Part shown: in pieces, positions 25,405 through 40,439 of the stretch | How positions within the stretch are numbered: position 1 is the first letter of the stretch | Layout: each line of letters starts with the position of its first letter | Source of the DNA: Eledone cirrhosa | Lineage: Eukaryota | Direction: 5' to 3' | Assembly: GCA_964016885.1 (NCBI GenBank) | Contig: OZ024746.1 | Span: forward strand, 66,154,001 to 66,218,000 | DNA length: 64,000 nt | The notes under the pieces: model-generated | Seen by the model: the letters and a program-made list of their open reading frames with translations, nothing else | Told to the model about the DNA's origin: nothing | Database searches by the model: none | Position numbers and translations under genes: made by a program

Positions 25405-26444
25405 AAGAGTCATCGGAAAAAACATTTTTATTTGTATCGTCCAGAAATTTTTAATATTTTATAATGTGTGTGATATATTGGTTCATGAGACATCACTATA
25501 TTTGACAAGAGATCCCTTGTTTCAGTCAGCATTAGCTAACTCCAAACTTCGCGTTCACACAAGGGAAATAAGTATACATTACTGATCAATGTTGAATTAC
25601 CATAACAGCAGAAGCAGATTACATGGGTTAATGTCGTTGAAATATAGACGTCATCCTGAATCTAAAATAAGCTAATCTGGCTGCTTGCTTAAGGTTATAA
25701 AAGCGAAGGAGGTTAGGAAAGGAGAGGATGGTAGAGAAGGGGCTTATTCAATAACTCAACTGACAAAGATATCGCTGTCTACGGTGTATCATATTCACCA
25801 TTTATATGGATGACATCATATTCAGAAAGAATGTGGAAAACAAATATACTTAATCCATTGTAATGTGTGCGGGTGGTTAATAATGTATCATTATTGTGCC
25901 ATAGACCAAAAATTAAACATGTTTGTCGGAGGCTCAGGCCCTTGCTATGCATTTCAGTTGCACTTCTCCCTGCTTTCATTAAGTTATGTGGTGCAACTTT
26001 GTCGGCAGCAAGAAATCAAAGATAAATGTAAACACAATTTAACAATATTGATGTGTTTGAATGGTTTAAATGATTCTTACACGGCGTAAACTGCTTTAGT
26101 TTCAAAAGCACGGCCTCATATCAAGTCAAATGACAGGCAAGAACAATATCGGTTGTTTATGTCATGATTATGGTACTTAAATATATATTCAGATCTTTAG
26201 ATATTTTGCTGAAGTCTTAAAATTTATCGTAATATACCACCAAGATACACACAAAAAAATAACACCATTATCAAAAGTAGGTTTAGGTTCCCATTATCGA
26301 CATGTTTACGAAATTGATCCAATTATTTGCCTTGTATTTATGTTATTGAATTCGAAATGATTTTTGGCAATATCTGAATCTCAAAGGAAGTATGTAATCT
26401 GCTTAAACCACCCCACAAAATTTGTTTTCAACCAGCTCTTGCCA

Positions 26445-26504
<60 letters not shown>

Positions 26505-27300
26505 TAACAACACCAACAACAACAACAACATCAACAACAATAATGATTATTTTTATTATTATGATAATAATAACAATGATAATTGTTGTTTTCATGAAAT
26601 ATAGATCATGTTCAATCCAGGATCCAAAACTTGATTAATATGTAATTTTCCGAACAAGGACTTATTAAAGGAAAAGAAAGTAACGTAACTAAATACAGTA
26701 TCGTATTTTGTCCGACGCTTTACGAGATCTGTTATTTGTGACCCATATGATATCAATAAATATATTATTGTTATAATAGTAATTCAATAAGAACAGCAGT
26801 AGCAGCAACAGTATTAGCAACATAAAATTGGAAAGAAATACTATACGGTGGTCATTAATAATAAAGAATTCAAAAATTCAAAAGATACAATAACATTTGA
26901 AAAACAATAAACGTTTAAACATAGACAATGCATGATACATAGAATTTCCTGAAACAAAGATAATGAGTTTACATGAGTTTATTTGGAGGCTTAATAATTG
27001 TACACAATTTAAATTCAGATATAATATTTAACATTTAAAAGTAATCATTATAATATTATAAGATTCATAATTCTAAAATTATAATAGAACTTTTTCATTG
27101 CAAAACTAATTTGAGATTTGTAAATCAGAATGTAGGCATCTGTCCAAAATAAGAACGTTAGTATGTAAATATATTTTCCATAAAAAAAATAGAATACATA
27201 AAAACGTTTATGTATAAGTTTATGTTAGACAAACTATAAACATGTGTAAGCATCTATGCATCATCCGGTGTCTATATAAGCAATACTATATGTGCATACA

Positions 27301-27360
<60 letters not shown>

Positions 27361-29041
27361 TAAGCCTGTCAAATTCTTTAACCAGCACGTTCACAAGTCT
27401 TCACCAAACCCACGCTATCTAAGAATTCACTCACGCAGACTGTCATGATGCAATCAACGCCGCCCACCAGCGACATACCATATAAAACATGAATTACTTT
27501 TAAACAGGTTCTTCAAATTTATCCCAATAGAACAAAGGTCAAGCTACTTCAATTGCTGGTATTTGGGTGACGGACGTCTTGATGCCTCAGACATCATATT
27601 ACGAAATCAGTATAAGCACTAGCTATAATCTCTGACTTTTAACCACAACGAAACTAGTCCGAAATTCCCCAACACACAGAAGAACACCGCACGCTGAAAA
27701 AGTGTACATATACATACTGACACGCACAAAAGTACACACACACACACATACACACATAATCATATTTATGTCTAGAAGTGTATTCCTTCTGCTTAGGGTG
27801 CTACCAAAATATACTTTATGATTAACTACCTAACTCGGTCGAAATAAACAGGCATTTTTTATTGCAATCAAGTCTTAACATCTTTAAGTAAGGAAAGGAC
27901 ACATCTGAGAATATAATGGTAAAAACTCATCAGAAGAATGATTGGCCAAGGCTGGAAATCTTTTCATCAGAATTCTGATTAAGCAGGTTCAGCTTGGTGC
28001 TATATTAGAGAATTAACATCTCAGTACAATTATATTATTATTCCTATGTGGTGTCTACCTAAATTTATACCGTCATGGTTTTCCACCAGGCTGTGTGTAA
28101 CGAGGTGAGTATAACACACACGAAAAAACGAAAAGCAGCTCGATATGAAAGATAATAAAAATTCTTTCTCCGGCTTAAAGCAAATGTATCATTCTACTCC
28201 AGTTAATAAACGTAACGTGGTACTTATTTCCATATAACTTGACCAGAATATACGATAAAATGCATGAATAATTCGACAAAGACGTCATTCAAAATATTAG
28301 CAATACAACTCGTACATTAACCGTTAAAGTCTCTTTTTATTCAACGTGTTCTCAACTCAGGCATTACACAACTGTTATCTAAACCTTACTGTGCATTTAT
28401 GGTATTTTATCACCGTAAATATACTTGTTATTGAATGCCTGTCCATATCTGCTTGCTTTTGCAGAAATACAAAAAGAACAAAACAAATAAATAAATACTG
28501 CACATCAATTACTATTCTGAAAGAAGCATTGATACCAGGAACAAAACAGAGGCAGATAGAGTATCAGAATTCGTTTCAGAGTTTGTAAGAGGATGGATGG
28601 GTTGAGTAAGTAGAAAAGGGGCAAATAATTTATTTAATAATACATCTATTATGAAAGTGTCATTGATATAGAAGGGCAGCTATATTAAAGGCGATCCAAA
28701 GAAAATAAACGATATCTAAATACATTGACACAGAGTTGACGGATTGATTTCAAAATAAATCCATGCGTCCACATATCTAGATATCTGTTTCATGGCAAAT
28801 TAAATGAGAACGCAGATGTGTATAAATGTATGTGTAAATATCTGGTGTATGAACGTGTGTGTATACTTCAATGTATACATGTATGTGTGTAGTGTGTATG
28901 TATATATATATACATATATATATATATATACATATACATACACACACACACACATATATGTATATATATATATATATATACATATATATACATATATACA
29001 TATATACATACATATATATATATATATATATATGTATATAC

Positions 29042-29075
<34 letters not shown>

Positions 29076-29275
29076 ATGCTGATATTCATGTCTACTCTAA
29101 TAAATTCATAGAATGCACTTAAGCCGTATTACCACAATAAAACGCATGTAAACTCGTTAAATAGGCATAAATAACAATTATTATAACAGTTAAACATGCA
29201 CATGCTGGCATGTAAAAATATATATAAACATATATATATATATACTTACATATACATATATATATATACATACAT

Positions 29276-29309
<34 letters not shown>

Positions 29310-29358
29310 CTATGTATATATTCATCCATATATATATATATATTATATATATATATAA

Positions 29359-29422
<64 letters not shown>

Positions 29423-31233
29423 CTATGTACGTGTGTATATTTTTACTAGTAATTAACAGGGAAGAATTTTGAAAATGGTATAATTGACAGGGGCACATTA
29501 CATTTTGTTGATAACCTTTAGATATATATATCTGCCTACATGAATCTGATACAAACCATATAATCCATTGTAATTTTCTTTATATAAGTGATATACACTG
29601 TTGAATCTTCTATTCTTAAGTGACGTTGTTTCAATTCAAAGAAGCCTGAGTAGCACATACTTATTGCATGTTTTCATTTCATAAATAATTTCCATTCCAC
29701 ACAATTATAGTTGCTTGCTGTTGCTGAGAGAGAATAAAGCATAAACAATCCAATATAAACTGTTTATATTGTTAAGAAATGTCCATTAACCTATTGGAAT
29801 TATCACGCCTTTTTTGTGTTAATATTTTCTAAAGAGTTAGAGGTAGCTTTCGTCTACTTATTGCATGGTAAATTATGTAAATCGAAGTTTTTACCGTATA
29901 TTACATATGTAAACCACACCTTAATTATATGAGAAAGAGGATAGGATCCTTTTGAAACATGAACACGTCTATTTCAACAGCCAACGGACAAGCGACAGCT
30001 TTGCTTTTGATCATTTCCTAATGATGTATACAATTTCAGGAATTTAGATTTGCAGTGTAAAATAATACCCATTCATACATTAATGTGATTATTCGTGTCA
30101 GATGAGAGAAACTTTTTTCGGAAGGTAATGGTGTTATATAATTCTATGTTAGGCAAAACTGAGGTGATTTATAGTAATATACGTTAAACTCATTATTATC
30201 CGGTGTTTAATAATTATCATACCTAAGACTATATATTGACATATATGTATTTGTTGTTTTTCTTTAAAGGAAATGTGGCTATAATTCTATGTAGATGATT
30301 TAACTTGAAGAACAGAATAAAAATATAGAGTAACCTAGTTTTGTTAATATTGTTTCATCTCCTTCCCGATTGATTCGAATGTTTTCTAAAACATGTATAT
30401 GCAGTTTGAAAAATGCTCAAATAAATCTGGCTATTACTTTATACGTTCATTTATATCTATATGAAATTAATCATTTCCCATGTCAATCCCAGTCCTTATG
30501 GGACAATTGTGGCTACTGGAGATTATGTTTAAAATAGATTACCTATCGGTTAATACTTGTATATACAATGAGTTGGTAAAGGTGGGAATTTAATAAAATC
30601 CTGATTTTAGGGTTTGCAACTGAGCGGAATTCTGCTAGAGACACCCACTATTGCAATGATGGTTTTAAACAGTATGTCTTGTATCGCCTAGTACATTTCT
30701 CTCATGAAAGTCAAATAACTTTTTTGAGAAACAGGTGGTGAAAAATACAAGAGTGTTTGTTATTTTCTAAATATATGTTGAACAAAGAGTAAATATCCAG
30801 AATTATAACACCCAGCAAAATCATAAGAATATATGTACTGGATTATTCAATCATAAAATCTCATTATATATAACAAATTATATATTTTCTGTTTTCGAAT
30901 ACTCCAAATCTACCTTGCGCAAGAGACAGACATTTCTCAAAATTCCATAACCATTTCATAAACATTATTATATCGTGTGTGAATCAAAATATTGCATTAT
31001 TTGTGAAATGATTCAGACAATATAGAGGAACAGAAAACTGGAAATATTCATTTTGAGAATAGAATCAATTTCGAAATAACGAAAATAACATTAGAACATT
31101 TTGCAGAAACTTTCTGCCACTAGGAATATGATATATTGGAATATATTGTTAACACTTTTAGAATTTGTATCAAATGCAGTAGATAGAAATACAATCTCTA
31201 AAGGACAACATACATACACACACATAAATAAAT

Positions 31234-31285
<52 letters not shown>

Positions 31286-31423
31286 AATACATATATATGA
31301 TATATATGTATATAATATATATATATATGATATATATATATGATATATATATATATATATATCATATATATATATATATATATGATATATATATATATAT
31401 ATATCATATATATATATATATAT

Positions 31424-31548
<125 letters not shown>

Positions 31549-31893
31549 GTATGATATTATATTATATTCCAGAAATGTGAAAATAATTCATAAAAATAAA
31601 TAAAATACACATGTAAAATACAAAATATAAATCCGATTTTACACATTTTTATTAAGAATAACAGTTAATGGTTATGTTGTAATGTCACATTGAACAGTTG
31701 CTTTAACATTCTGGATAAACGTGGTGAAACAAATGATCCAAAGAGTACGTAGTTAATATTGTAAAGTGTGAATTTTTCGCCGAATATTGTCTGAAAGGAC
31801 ATTACGTAAGATTTGAGAGGGACAGAAAGAGAGATGAATTTGCTAAGCAATTTATTACTTTGAAAAATACCCGCGCACAGACACACACACACA

Positions 31894-31976
<83 letters not shown>

Positions 31977-32034
31977 GCATGTGTGTATGTATGTACATAT
32001 ATATAAATATATATATATCATTTATAGACACCAT

Positions 32035-32175
32035 TTCCCGCTATGCGAGGCCATATAAATAGGTCAGAGTGGTTGTCAACTGACCAACACTTTCGCTGAA
32101 CATCTGCGAAACATCCGTCTCAGCAACCTATCCTCGGTGGCTTGCCATTTTCGCAGTTCAGGTCATTGCAGTCGT
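32035..32175 (+). pseudogene. PLE GIY-YIG endonuclease remnant (Neptune-like)
   Basis: Manual translation LCEAI*IGQSGCQLTNTFAEHLRNIRLSNLSSVACHFRSSGH fits YIGQT..L..RF.EH..IR....VA.HF...H. Confidence 0.7.
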
Positions 32176-33337
32176 ATTATTACTGTGTTAGCGTTCCCAC
32201 TGTTTCAAAATACATCAACCCCCATAGCCTTATCACACCATCACTCTCCCTCTTATCTACCCTTATAAACACATCCAGTGCTCTCCTTCATTCACGAGCC
32301 GGGCGCACATGGAAATACTCACACACATGTAGATACCATGCACATACAACAAAATAACTTTAACGCACTTATTGATAAACAAACACATAGACATACATTC
32401 ACATCAGCACATATAATCACGCATTTTACCCTTAGTATTGTATAGCGTAGTTGCTATGAGAGGTCTAACAGCTTGTGTTGTTTAGTTAAAATTCAGCTAG
32501 TCAACCTTGCAGTTGAGTTTGGATTTTGTTAATGAACGGATACATGATGAACAATAAATATTTCTCACCAATAATGTATTTTATATTTGATACATACACT
32601 GAAATACCACCATTCTACACAATACTAATACGACAGGACACACTTAGACACACCACAAACAATATGTAGAGCCTCTCACCAATCATTAAAATCGATTATA
32701 AACACCGTAATCTTGATTTTCTTGAAACAACCGTATGGTAATTTTTAATTTATGTGAGTATATTTATTATTTGTTGTCCTATATCTATGTACATAATTCT
32801 TATTTATCTTTCTCAGCTTGATATATGGAAACTATCTTATTATATATACTTTAACGTTTTAAAAGAACTTGCTTATTGAGGTTTCTGCTTTGAGTGAAAC
32901 ACACACACAGACACACACAGACACACACATACACACACACATACACACACAGACACACACACACACATACACACACACATACACACACACATACTTACAT
33001 ACATATAAATAAATATATACACAAGTACAATAGCAACAAACGCATATGAACACCCACTAGTGAACAAAGATAGAATACAATAACAAAAACACATACACTC
33101 AAACGCGAACACACCCGCAAACGCATGCGCAAAGACAGAGACAAGAAGAAATAAATAGATTAATTAATCTTAAATGGCTTAGGCTTTATAACACAAAGGG
33201 AGGAAACATAATAGTAGCACTGATGATGTTGCAGATGTGTGACGAAAGGACCTTGATAGACTATATATGTATATCTATATCTGTATTTTTAACCGTTGGT
33301 CAATCAATGAAAAACATTGATTGCCAAATAAATTAAT

Positions 33338-33450
33338 TATGGAGATATAAAAGATACAGAAGCAAAAACCAAACCAAACCAAACCAAACAGTGAGTGTGT
33401 TCAGTTATTATTTCTGTCAATATTATATCAATATCACCCTCCCCAAGTAT

Positions 33451-33456
<6 letters not shown>
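33338..33456 (+). mobile_element. Family A-related PLE tail
   Basis: Ends ATCACCCTCCCCAAGTATAACAAT(AT)n; inverted homologue at ~44032-44118. Confidence 0.65.
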
Positions 33457-33493
<37 letters not shown>

Positions 33494-33580
33494 AAAGTTC
33501 TATTTAAATTGTTAGGATACAACAAGCAAATATTTTTATAACTGATGTAAAGCACTCAACAAATATTTGGAGTAAAATTA

Positions 33581-33934
33581 CGATATTAACAAATGGAAAC
33601 TATATTTATAAAACCATATTTATTTCATTATACATATTTCAAGGACACCAAGTTAAATTATGGTGTGCTTTCATCAGAAAAAATATAATATAGATCAGTT
33701 TCATAAATAAATATTGACATACCCTTAAAAAATGGAACCATTACTGTTGGAAGCTTCCGGAGCTTCCAACAGTAATGGTTGCATTTTATAAGGGTATGTC
33801 AATATTTATTTATAAAATTGATCTATATTATATTTTATCTGATGAAAGCACACCATAATTTAACTTGGTGTCCTTGAAATATGTATAATGAAATAAATAT
33901 GGTTTTATAAATATAGTTTCCATTTGTTAATATC

Positions 33935-33935
<1 letters not shown>
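33581..33935. mobile_element. Fold-back element family D, ~175-bp arms, one HHR per strand
   Basis: Near-perfect inverted repeat centred at ~33758; HHR at 33831-33895(+) and 33621-33685(-); single-arm homologue at ~45144-45260. Confidence 0.85.
33831..33895 (+). ncRNA. Minimal type I HHR
   Basis: UAUUUUAU-CUGAUGA-AAGCACACCA..UGGUGUCCUU-GAAA-UAUGUA-UA/AUGAAAUA. Confidence 0.8.
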
Positions 33936-33970
<35 letters not shown>

Positions 33971-34093
33971 GTATATATATATATGTATAAGAACATAATA
34001 TAATATGGTTTAATCCATATATATATATATATATATGGATTAAACCATATTATAGTATGTTCTTAATGGAAACAACGTTTTACTAAAATAACT

Positions 34094-34274
34094 GTTTCTA
34101 CTTTAGGCACAGGGCCAGCAATTATCCCAGTGTATTACTGGTACTTTATTTTATCGACCCCGTAAGGATTAAAGGCACAGTTAACCTCGGCAGGATTTGA
34201 ACTCAGAATGGCAAGGGCCGTAACTCTATGTGTCAAAGCATGGCGTCCGACCCTCTACCGATACTGCCAATCCA
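34094..34274 (-). mobile_element. tRNA-derived SINE with 10-bp TSD
   Basis: TAAAATAACT at 34084-34093 and 34275-34284. Confidence 0.9.
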
Positions 34275-35387
34275 TAAAATAACTTTAGTTATAATAATCA
34301 TTACACTAAACGGTAGTTTATATTAATATCACAACCAGACTGACAACTTTATCCTGTGGAAAGAGAACATTGCTATATATGACGGACTGCGTAAATAGCA
34401 TTGATTTGGGTAAATTGCAACGGCTATTCTCTAGTGTAAGTCTGAAGGTCATAATTCAGCTTCTGATAGGGAATAATTTTCATATCCTTCAGCGTGCATG
34501 TCACTGTTTATATCGCGTTTGCTCATACATTAATAAAATATTCACTGATATATTGATTTCTTTCAGCACGTAGCAGAAAATCTCAAATTGTTTTTTAGAA
34601 GTCCTAATGAAATTAATGATATTATACTAAATTCACTATACGTGAAAATGGATCTCAGACTTGAGTCGCCAGAAGTGACACAAAGGGAGCTAAAATCTTG
34701 AATATGGCTATATACCTTATTAGGCTACCAAATATCCCTTAAAAGGCTTCCAAATGTCCTATGAACAGCACACCACTGTTTAGAAAAAGAAACACCAGCG
34801 AACAGTGTTATCCTAGAGTCACTATTTCAAAATAAATGGCAGCATGCTGTCAACTGTAACGGCTTTTAATTATACGTCTGATCGACTAGGACTGACATAA
34901 CCTGAACAGTATTAATAATAACTAATCAATCAAATTTACTCACAGAGAAGATGAGATTGGTTCATTGATAAAAGATAACAGATCTTAAATCCGATATCTG
35001 CATATTCCGGCAGAAAGAAAACTACGTCACTATATGAGATTACACTACACGTAGATGGTATCTGTCAATAAATAAATGTTATTACTAGTGTTATAACACA
35101 AATGAATTAAAACACCCAATCGTTTATGACGCGACGGTGTTAATTAATATATAGATATAAAGGTCAATAGATATATTAATAGATAGAAATGTAAATCAAT
35201 AGGAACACGAAACCAATGTAGACAAAATAAAAATGAATAATGAGGTTTCATATATTAGGATAGTGGGTGTATATGCATATGTATATATACACACACACAC
35301 GGGCGCGCGTAAGAAAAAGGCAAGCACACACACACGCATGCTCGCACATACACACACACACACATATATATATATATATTTATATAT

Positions 35388-35583
35388 AACGAAGGAAATG
35401 TGGTAAGGAACCAGGTGGACTATAATGCACCAGAGTACTCAATACTTAGGGTAGTAGAGTGGGTAATAGGAACGAGTAGGACCCCGACGGCTGAGCTCAA
35501 GCCGTTTCGACGGCTAATTCTGGACGCAGAATTAGCCGTCGAAACGGCTGGAGCTCAGCCGTCGGGGTCCTACTCGTTCCTAT
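35388..35583. mobile_element. Fold-back mini-element, family C
   Basis: ~57-bp hairpin 35466-35583 with one mismatch; same ends as the 17.6-kb copy. Confidence 0.8.
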
Positions 35584-35606
35584 ATATATATATATATATA
35601 TATATA

Positions 35607-35985
35607 TGGGGAGGGAGGGACATATTTGTGTACTATTGCCAGAATTATGTTGTGTATATTTAGGAGGAAACACAGTGTTTTAAGAAGCGGGTTTGTTCTG
35701 TTGTTATTGTAGTTTTTATAAAACAGAAAACACTGTCTTTCAATAACCTTTCAGCTTGGCACAAGCTAATGCCATGACGGCGATGAATTAGTTTTGCGAG
35801 GTTTTTGATATGAAATCGTGTGTCGAAACAAATATTGTTATACTTGGGGAGGGTCATATTTGTGTAATATTGCCAGAATTAAATCTGGCAATATTACACA
35901 AATATGACCCTCCCCAAGTATAACAATATTTATTTCGACACACGATTTCATATAAAAAACCTCGCAAAACTAATTCATCGCCGTT
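35607..35985. mobile_element. Family A-related fold-back containing the PLE ORF N-terminus
   Basis: Inverted repeat centred at ~35881; minus-strand ORF MTLPKYNNICFDTRFHIKNLAKLIHRR..., homologous to MTLPKYNNIGFNTRF.IKNLAKQIQKR at 23220 and 49598. Confidence 0.75.
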
Positions 35986-36088
35986 ATATATATATATAAG
36001 TATTGAAATTGCCGTTGAAAATTGAAAAAGTCATAGGAGTGAAGAGTGCTCTATGTAAGAGCAAAATTTTATGTATAGTTTATTATAC

Positions 36089-36128
<40 letters not shown>

Positions 36129-36134
36129 TAACAT

Positions 36135-36358
36135 ATTAATGTTTAAGCAAAGAATCGGTGCTTTCACCCTTAACGGGATCTTCTGAAACATTACTTTCAG
36201 AAGATCCCGTTACGGGTGAAAGCACCGATTCTTTTCTTAAACTTTAATCTATTATTTATTATTAAATATTTGCTCTATGGTTTTATATATTTATATATAT
36301 ATATTATCCTTATCGAGCCATCTTCGGATTTTATTCTTTGCATTTATTATTATTACTA
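36135..36358. mobile_element. Fold-back mini-element family G
   Basis: ~50-bp hairpin 36135-36248; body homologous to 61571-61731; ends ATTATTAC(TA)n. Confidence 0.7.
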
Positions 36359-36507
36359 TATATATATATATATATATATATGATTTCTAAAGAATGAAAG
36401 AGTTCTAGTCCTGTAGAATCTCATCTATATTAAAACTTTTATACTCTGCTATGTATTGAGTACCTTACTTACTTTGGTAATAATGTATATATATGACCCG
36501 GAATAAC

Positions 36508-36595
<88 letters not shown>

Positions 36596-38096
36596 GAGAG
36601 AGAGAGAGAGAGATGTGGAAAAAAGCGTGATATCAGATGAAAACAGATATTCAGATAAACGGAAAGAGGAAGAAAATAATTTGTACTAAACTTAAGCTCT
36701 ATTATTTAAGCTAGAACAACGGATTGAAGTCCATTTGACGAAACACACAGAGTATTTATGTTTGCTTTTTATAAGCCTCATAATCACAAATATTGGGCAA
36801 AATATTCGTTCCAATCCTTGCCCATGGTTTTGCTTTATTCTAACTCAGTCGATGATGTCTTACATTATATTTTTCTGATATTTGTTCCAGTTCAATCGGT
36901 AACAAGAGCCCCTTTTATTGTCTCAGGTGAAGGTAATTAATTGTTTCGAAACGGAGTTGCAGCGTACATTAAATAAATAGCTTCAGCAGCCTGTGAAAAC
37001 GACCTTTCTGCCTCCACGTACAAAATAGAAAGAACGATTGAAATATTTCCTGTTTTCTCTTGGTATATATTGTATTTATCTATATAAGAAAATATATTAT
37101 TAGAATGCGCAAATCCCCCCCCCCTCTCTTTATGTGAACTATCAACTGATTCTATCTCCAGGCATTACCAGTCTACTGTAATCCACTGTATAGTTATCAC
37201 TCGCATTATTGATACTAATCCGACCAAATCTGATTATTGAGTCACAATATTGACCATTAAAAATCATACGAAGCAGTCTTTAGTTTCTGTTTCGTGAGGG
37301 ATTCTTATAATTCGACTTTTTTTTATTTTCTGGTATGAAGCAACCTATTGTTGACTGAGCATATTATATTAATGCGATTCCTTCAACATGTTCAGAGGCT
37401 ATTGTTATTTCAACGCAATTTTCAGGCACCTATGAACGTTTCACAAGTTCTAATGCTGAAAAAATGACTTTCAACATTTGTTATCTAAATCTACCAACCA
37501 TTTAAAGGCCTAGGTATATTTTGATATTCATATCACACACGCACACATACACACAGACACACCTACACCCACATAAAAAAATCATACATTCTACAAAGAC
37601 ACTCACGCACACACAAACACGTTCACATGTACATCTACATTTGCATTATCCATTTATTCTGGTGTGAGAATAATCTATCCGAGATCTGTAAATCCTAAAA
37701 TTATCCATTAGTTCCCGGTTATTTCTCTTTTCCTTCTACGCATAACTTGTTTCCACGAGAAAACATATCAATAAAACGTTATGCACAGGGAAAGTCGTGA
37801 TGATTATTATTTCTACTCTAAAAATACAGAAGAATATATAGGCATCAGTGTAAACGGTCAGGCACATTAAACAATAATATTACTGGTACATATTTTATAG
37901 ATGGCAACTTTTTATTAAATTCTGTATTTCTTTTATCTCTATAGCGTGTGTGCAATAAATATTGGATGTTATTATGATCGACAAGCGATTCTAGGGTTTG
38001 TCTGTCTGTATATATGTTGTCAGCACAGGCTCATCTCTCACTATCTCGGTCTAAATATAACCGTATGATATTTTGAGGTTTCAGACATTAGTCTAC

Positions 38097-38215
<119 letters not shown>

Positions 38216-38353
38216 TGTGTGTATGTATGCGTGTGTGTGCGTGTGTTTGTGTGTGTGCGCATGTGTGTAGACGGTAAACATAAATAACAACACAATCGGT
38301 ACAGTATATGGAAGGTATATATTAGGTTAACGCTTGATATAGCAGGAAGAGGG

Positions 38354-38389
38354 TCTTAACGTTTCGGGCGCTACTCCTTCATCAGAAGA
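38354..38389 (-). ncRNA. Minimal type I HHR (family F pLTR)
   Basis: UCUU-CUGAUGA-AGGAGUAGCGCCC-GAAACGUU/AAGA; degenerate homologue at 42715-42746(+) with shared downstream CCTGCTAT. Confidence 0.65.
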
Positions 38390-38601
38390 AACAATGAGAA
38401 ACAAAATAGTTTAAGGGGACGGGCGGGATGGAATTTTTAAAAAAATGTCCTTAGATAAAAATAAGAGGTCCATTCATGTTGACATCTCTTATATATATAT
38501 ATATATATATAAATATTGTGGGGGGTGAGTGTGTATATGCGTACATGTATGTGTGTGTATGAACACTGATACATGTATATACACACACATACATACACAC
38601 A

Positions 38602-38658
<57 letters not shown>

Positions 38659-39879
38659 ACACTGTCCAGGAGCAGTGTCGATTCTATGAACATATATTTT
38701 AAGTATATAGTTGTAAAGTCCTTTATTTCCGGAGCAGACAAGTGACAGTTGCTTGTTACTTTAATTCATCCAGTAACAATTTTATCTTTATTTATGATGT
38801 ATACCAGGAATAACTGATTCATTTTACTTTTCGTTCATATATGAAGCGCAGCTATGTTACAGCAACATCAAACGGTGAATGAATATTATTTTCCTATTGA
38901 AGTTTGCTACAACATTTTAAAATCAATAACTTATTTCTAAAATAAAATCGGTTTGATGTCAAATATACACACCGTGATATTATAACAATGAAGAATTTCC
39001 TTCAAGATTGAAGACAAAATAAAATATTTTCCATGTCAAACTTCGGACATTTGTCCAATATCACAAGTTACATATATTATTTTAGGCGACGTTATTGAAA
39101 CATTCCGTTAATTTTATATTTTACGGATAGATTACGTTTTAATCCTTATTCATACCAAAGGAAAAATTTGTGAATGTGACAATACCTACTTTCGGATTGG
39201 TTAAACAAATCTAATGACTACAATAGGAACTTAGCTTTATATGATATAATGTTGAAATAACTTTATATTCAATGGATATAAATATAATAAATACTAATTA
39301 CTATCATAGCATTAACACATGGAGAAATATTAAATAATAGAAATATCCACCCATATGAAGGGGATCATATCGAGAGATCCCTACAATCTTGAACACAAAT
39401 ATTCAATAGTTTGGCAGTCCGAGGTTATACAACACAAGGAACGAGTCAATCAAACGAATTAACCAACTAAAGAGGAAATGCAATAATAGTAGCATAAAGA
39501 GCACAGTCCTCAATAGCAGTTTCAATAGCAGGAACAAAATGAGCAACAACAGAAGCAGGAAAATAAAATGGCCCGGAAATTTCAACAACAACAGAAGTTA
39601 CGTAAACGAAAAACAAGTATAACATCACACCAAAATAATGTGAGTGGCATTCTCGAGTGCAACAATGAATTAATTTAGCTCATGTAAATATAACTAAGCG
39701 GTCGGAGGCAAATAAAACCCCACGGTCACCGGCACGGCCATCATGGCAAATGATATCAGTGGTCAATATATATGGACTGGTGGTTAGTGCGCGTATATGG
39801 GTACTGGCTGTAAAATAACAAGGCACTAAATCTAGATATAGCTCGCAGCGGAATCAAAAGTTCCTAACCACCCACGGTC

Positions 39880-40380
39880 ACTCTCTTTTTGGCTCTATAC
39901 AAGTTCCACACCTTGACTGAGTGGTGTGACAGATTCCGGAATATATGTAACAACAAATAAATACAAACTTGCTACATGTGGTCGCTGGTTCAAGTAACGA
40001 GTAGTATTGTGGGAGATAGTGCTTACGGACAGATGGCGTTTTATATCCTAAAAGGGGCTGGAACCCAATATGTCTTCAATCTTTGGCAAAATTCCAAATT
40101 TTATGATTGATATATTCGAAAGTTAGAGGTATAGGTCCTTCTCGCTAAAGAGTCATTCATCAAATTCGTCAAGGCCTACTTGAGGAGGAAGGTGAGAGTA
40201 AATCCTCAGTCATTCAACACATGTTCTAATATGTGAGAAATTAAGAGTGTTCAAATCGGAATGTCTAAATATATCTGTATTAACTGTGATGCATAAGGAG
40301 CTTGCTATACCTGTATCAGTGTAATCCGGACTTGTGGGAGTTGTAGCTCAAACTACCATATGGCTGCTTTCAGTATTGGT
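39880..40380 (-). mobile_element. Possible old CR1/L2-type LINE 3' remnant
   Basis: Weak C-terminal motifs only (VWN at ~39905); many stops. Confidence 0.25.
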
Positions 40381-40439
40381 TATTCTTTCGTTGCTTTTAT
40401 TTTCTGTTCTATAGAGCTTGTGTTATTTAATATTATTTA

